A stretch of 233 bases of DNA. Source: Escherichia coli (GTDB lineage Bacteria; Pseudomonadota; Gammaproteobacteria; Enterobacterales; Enterobacteriaceae). The notes beneath the pieces are model-generated. The model made no database searches and was not told where the DNA came from. It saw nothing but the letters and a program-made list of their open reading frames with translations. Below, one piece after another: positions 1 to 233 of this stretch. Both the position numbers and the translations under genes were made by a program. The stretch lies in NCBI RefSeq assembly GCF_003334315.1, contig NZ_QOWR01000143.1. One strand, given 5' to 3'. Every line of letters begins with the position of its first letter. Position 1 is the stretch's first letter.

Positions 1-132
1 CCAACCTTCTGCACCAGAAATAACGGCACAAATAGTCAACAGTAGAATATCCGATAATTTATGTTCCACTTTCCAGGTTTGTCTGTAATCGGGGATAATA
101 GAAATATGTTCCATCAATTTTTTAAGTTCCAT
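1..132 (-). CDS. ISAs1-family (H-repeat-associated) DDE transposase, N-terminal 44 codons; 5' end complete, 3' end runs off the window at position 1
   Basis: Reverse-complement of 1-132 is an open frame starting at ATG (complement of 130-132) with no stop: [44 protein letters not shown]. The motif D-x-R-x(6)-H-x-L-x-D-I-L-x(3)-I-x-A-x-I-x-G-A-x-x-W is the signature of the DDE_Tnp_1-associated N-terminal domain of ISAs1-family transposases. From memory the peptide closely matches the start of E. coli H-repeat-associated proteins (YhhI-like); this was not verified by search. A strong RBS lies at the correct spacing. Confidence 0.88.
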   Translation of the reverse strand, partial: MELKKLMEHISIIPDYRQTWKVEHKLSDILLLTICAVISGAEGW

Positions 133-138
133 TTTGTT

Positions 139-144
139 CTCCTT
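139..144 (-). promoter_or_regulatory. Shine-Dalgarno sequence (AAGGAG) for the transposase
   Basis: Minus strand reads AAGGAG-AACAAA-ATG: a perfect core Shine-Dalgarno hexamer with a 6-nt spacer to the start codon. Confidence 0.75.
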
Positions 145-158
145 AATTAGGTAAGGAG
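139..158. repeat. Perfect 7-bp inverted repeat (CTCCTTA / TAAGGAG) with 6-nt spacer, overlapping the transposase RBS; potential stem-loop
   Basis: Plus 139-145 ctcctta and 152-158 taaggag are exact reverse complements, separated by attagg (146-151). On the minus-strand transcript this is CUCCUUA-CCUAAU-UAAGGAG, immediately followed by AACAAA-AUG. The stem has 3 G:C and 4 A:U pairs and cannot extend (positions 138/159 do not pair). Confidence 0.55.
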
Positions 159-233
159 TATTTGATCATGTATAAGCAATAAAAAACAGCTTCAGGTAAT
201 AAGGAATATCTCAATTTTTAAACATAAAATGCG

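Larger units (their letters stand above)
1..158 (-). mobile_element. Partial ISAs1-family insertion sequence (transposase-proximal end); outer boundary not resolved and probably lies within or beyond 159-233
   Basis: Inferred from the transposase CDS and its RBS. ISAs1-family elements are small, with the transposase start close to one terminal inverted repeat, so the IS end is expected within roughly 50-100 bp upstream of the ATG. The terminal repeat itself cannot be identified from a single end. Confidence 0.55.

Noticed and set aside
112-114. Second in-frame ATG (Met7) as an alternative transposase start
   Set aside because: No RBS precedes it (upstream is AAAAAATTG), whereas the first ATG at 130-132 has a perfect AAGGAG at ideal spacing and yields the MELKKL start typical of homologues.
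61-150. Plus-strand ORF of 29 codons ([29 protein letters not shown]), antisense to the transposase start
   Set aside because: Short, no Shine-Dalgarno upstream of its ATG, and entirely antisense to a well-supported transposase coding region; typical spurious antisense frame in AT-rich DNA.
153-182. Plus-strand mini-ORF: SD-like AAGGAG (153-158), 9-nt spacer, ATG TAT AAG CAA TAA (168-182), encoding M-Y-K-Q
   Set aside because: Only 4 codons. The SD-like hexamer is simply the other arm of the 139-158 inverted repeat, so its presence on the plus strand follows automatically from the palindrome. No evidence for a leader peptide or attenuator, and nothing downstream for it to regulate within the window.
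181-196. A6/T6 run next to cagcttcagg as a possible intrinsic terminator on either strand
   Set aside because: No GC-rich inverted repeat precedes the T-run on either strand; the only self-complementarity is the 4-bp AGCT palindrome with no loop.
209-214. -35-like hexamer TTGAGA on the minus strand (5/6 match to TTGACA) as the transposase promoter
   Set aside because: No acceptable -10 hexamer 16-18 bp downstream (the sequence there is AGCTGT / AAGCTG). Other -10-like hexamers upstream of the gene (TATACA, CATGAT) lack a matching -35. A promoter probably exists in 159-233 but cannot be called from sequence alone.
225-230. Plus-strand TAAAAT as a -10 for an outward-reading promoter
   Set aside because: No credible -35 at 16-18 bp spacing (AGGAAT / AAGGAA). 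A-rich hexamers of this kind are expected by chance at this base composition.
1-233. Possibility that the window encodes a novel defence or other undescribed system
   Set aside because: Everything in the window is accounted for by one transposase 5' end, its RBS/hairpin and an AT-rich upstream region. There are no additional ORFs, repeat arrays or structured RNA candidates to support such a claim.

Overview
This 233-bp window is AT-rich (about 32% G+C by hand count). Its main content is the 5' end of a transposase gene on the minus strand. The gene starts at the ATG whose complement is at + positions 130-132 and runs leftward off the window at position 1 (44 codons visible: [44 protein letters not shown]). 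That N-terminus has the hallmark of the ISAs1 family (the H-repeat-associated, DDE_Tnp_1-associated N-terminal domain) and, from memory, closely matches the start of the enterobacterial H-repeat proteins such as E. coli YhhI. A strong Shine-Dalgarno sequence (AAGGAG) sits 6 nt upstream of the start. It forms one arm of a perfect 7-bp inverted repeat (139-158) that could fold to occlude the ribosome-binding site. The remaining ~75 bp (159-233) is non-coding, very AT-rich, and probably holds the transposase promoter and the IS terminus, but neither can be placed from one copy. I see no evidence in this window for a novel or undescribed biological system; it reads as the transposase-proximal end of an ordinary insertion sequence and its junction region.
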